Shown here piece after piece: positions 63,219 through 64,000 of a DNA stretch of 64,000 nucleotides; position 1 is the first letter of the stretch; every line of letters starts with the position of its first letter. The DNA is from a virus. The stretch spans positions 32,001 to 96,000 of the IMG/VR virus record IMGVR_UViG_3300042868_005761; one strand, given 5' to 3'. Position numbers and translations under genes: made by a program. The notes beneath the pieces are model-generated. The model was not told the DNA's origin and did no database searches. It worked only from the letters and a program-made list of their open reading frames with translations.

Positions 63219-64000
63219 TTAACTAATTCCTATTTGTCCAAGTGGAAAAATAAAATTCAAAAGTTCACTATTCCAGTTGAACTGATTGTAACCAGATGTT
63301 ATTCTTGCAGTAATCTGCATAGGTCCAGTTACTTTGCACTCAATTTTTGCACCTGTCCATAAGAATTTTTTATCTTCACTAAGAGGCCAACTACAGTTTA
63401 AAGTTTGAGTTCCAGCATAGCTTGCATATCCACTATCGCAGAATGTATTTACTTTAATGTATAACTCTTTTTTAGTAGCTGTAAAATCTGTGACAGGGTA
63501 TACTTGTTCAAAATCACTAAGCTTTTCAGCCGGCTCCCAAGGCCCTGATGGACTAGTAAAACTATATTCCCAATTAAGTATTGGAACACCTGTATTCAAA
63601 TTTCTATAAATATTGATTGGCGACTGTATGTCCACAGGGAATGGAAACTTAAAGTAAGTTGTGTTTAGGTCAGGAGAATAGCGTAGAAGATCTAATCTAG
63701 AAAAATTATTACTAAATGCACTTCCACACTGCATCTTATAAACTTTACCTTCCGCAATAATAGTCAAATCACAGACATTGTGTTCGCCTAAACTCATTAG
63801 TGAAATATTAGATATCTCAGTGTCAGTTTTCCAAGTTTCCTCTCCAGTTATAATTTCATCTCTTAGAGCTTCTACTGGATAAGCTTTTACATATAGATAG
63901 TTTCTTTTATCTATAAGCGTGTTCTTATAGAAAACAATTAACTCAGAAACCATTGTTGGAACAATTAACTGGTCTTGGCTATCAGCTAAGCCTATAGCGC
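63219..64000 (-). CDS. Structural-region protein, 5' end truncated by the window
   Basis: The reading frame stays open from ATG 63953 to the window edge. Confidence 0.6.
   Translation of the reverse strand, partial: AIGLADSQDQLIVPTMVSELIVFYKNTLIDKRNYLYVKAYPVEALRDEIITGEETWKTDTEISNISLMSLGEHNVCDLTIIAEGKVYKMQCGSAFSNNFSRLDLLRYSPDLNTTYFKFPFPVDIQSPINIYRNLNTGVPILNWEYSFTSPSGPWEPAEKLSDFEQVYPVTDFTATKKELYIKVNTFCDSGYASYAGTQTLNCSWPLSEDKKFLWTGAKIECKVTGPMQITARITSGYNQFNWNSELLNFIFPLGQIGIS

Noticed and set aside
1-64000. Stop-codon reassignment (alternative genetic code)
   Set aside because: Conserved genes are full length in the standard code; TAA, TAG and TGA all end genes at sensible positions; no suppressor tRNA seen

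Overview
This window looks like part of a large, AT-rich (roughly 35-40% GC by eye) tailed-phage genome with dense, AAGGA/GGAG-preceded genes in the standard genetic code. Bases 1-49990 are a + strand arm for replication and metabolism. It carries two MoxR-type AAA ATPases plus a VWA/HEXXH partner, TilS next to its cognate tRNA-Ile2(CAT), and 7 tRNAs; tRNA-Leu(TAA) is interrupted by a group I intron encoding an HNH endonuclease. It also carries UvsE, a spore-photoproduct-lyase-like radical SAM enzyme, PurA, a GuaC-like reductase, a Zn deaminase, SpeD, UDG, ThyX, dUTPase, class II RNR, DNA ligase, RecA, PhoH, an intein-less split DnaE, primase-helicase, a sigma-70-like factor, a Cas4-like nuclease, RusA, Whirly-like and SpoVG-like proteins, and a secreted Cys-rich protein with a MYXO-CTERM-like sorting signal. 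After a bidirectional terminator (~50006-50039), a - strand arm encodes a holin-like protein, three CHAP-motif proteins, and tail-fibre/virion proteins. The most notable candidates are: (1) a DnaE split through its active site with no intein and a small gene in the gap; (2) a coherent G/C-to-A/T nucleotide and codon adaptation kit (GuaC+PurA, deaminase+dUTPase+ThyX, TilS and tRNAs for A-ending codons), suggesting an AT-rich phage of a GC-rich host; (3) a MYXO-CTERM-like surface protein pointing to a myxobacterial host; (4) a full-length homologue of plant Whirly proteins. All family calls come from motif recognition by eye; no searches were run.
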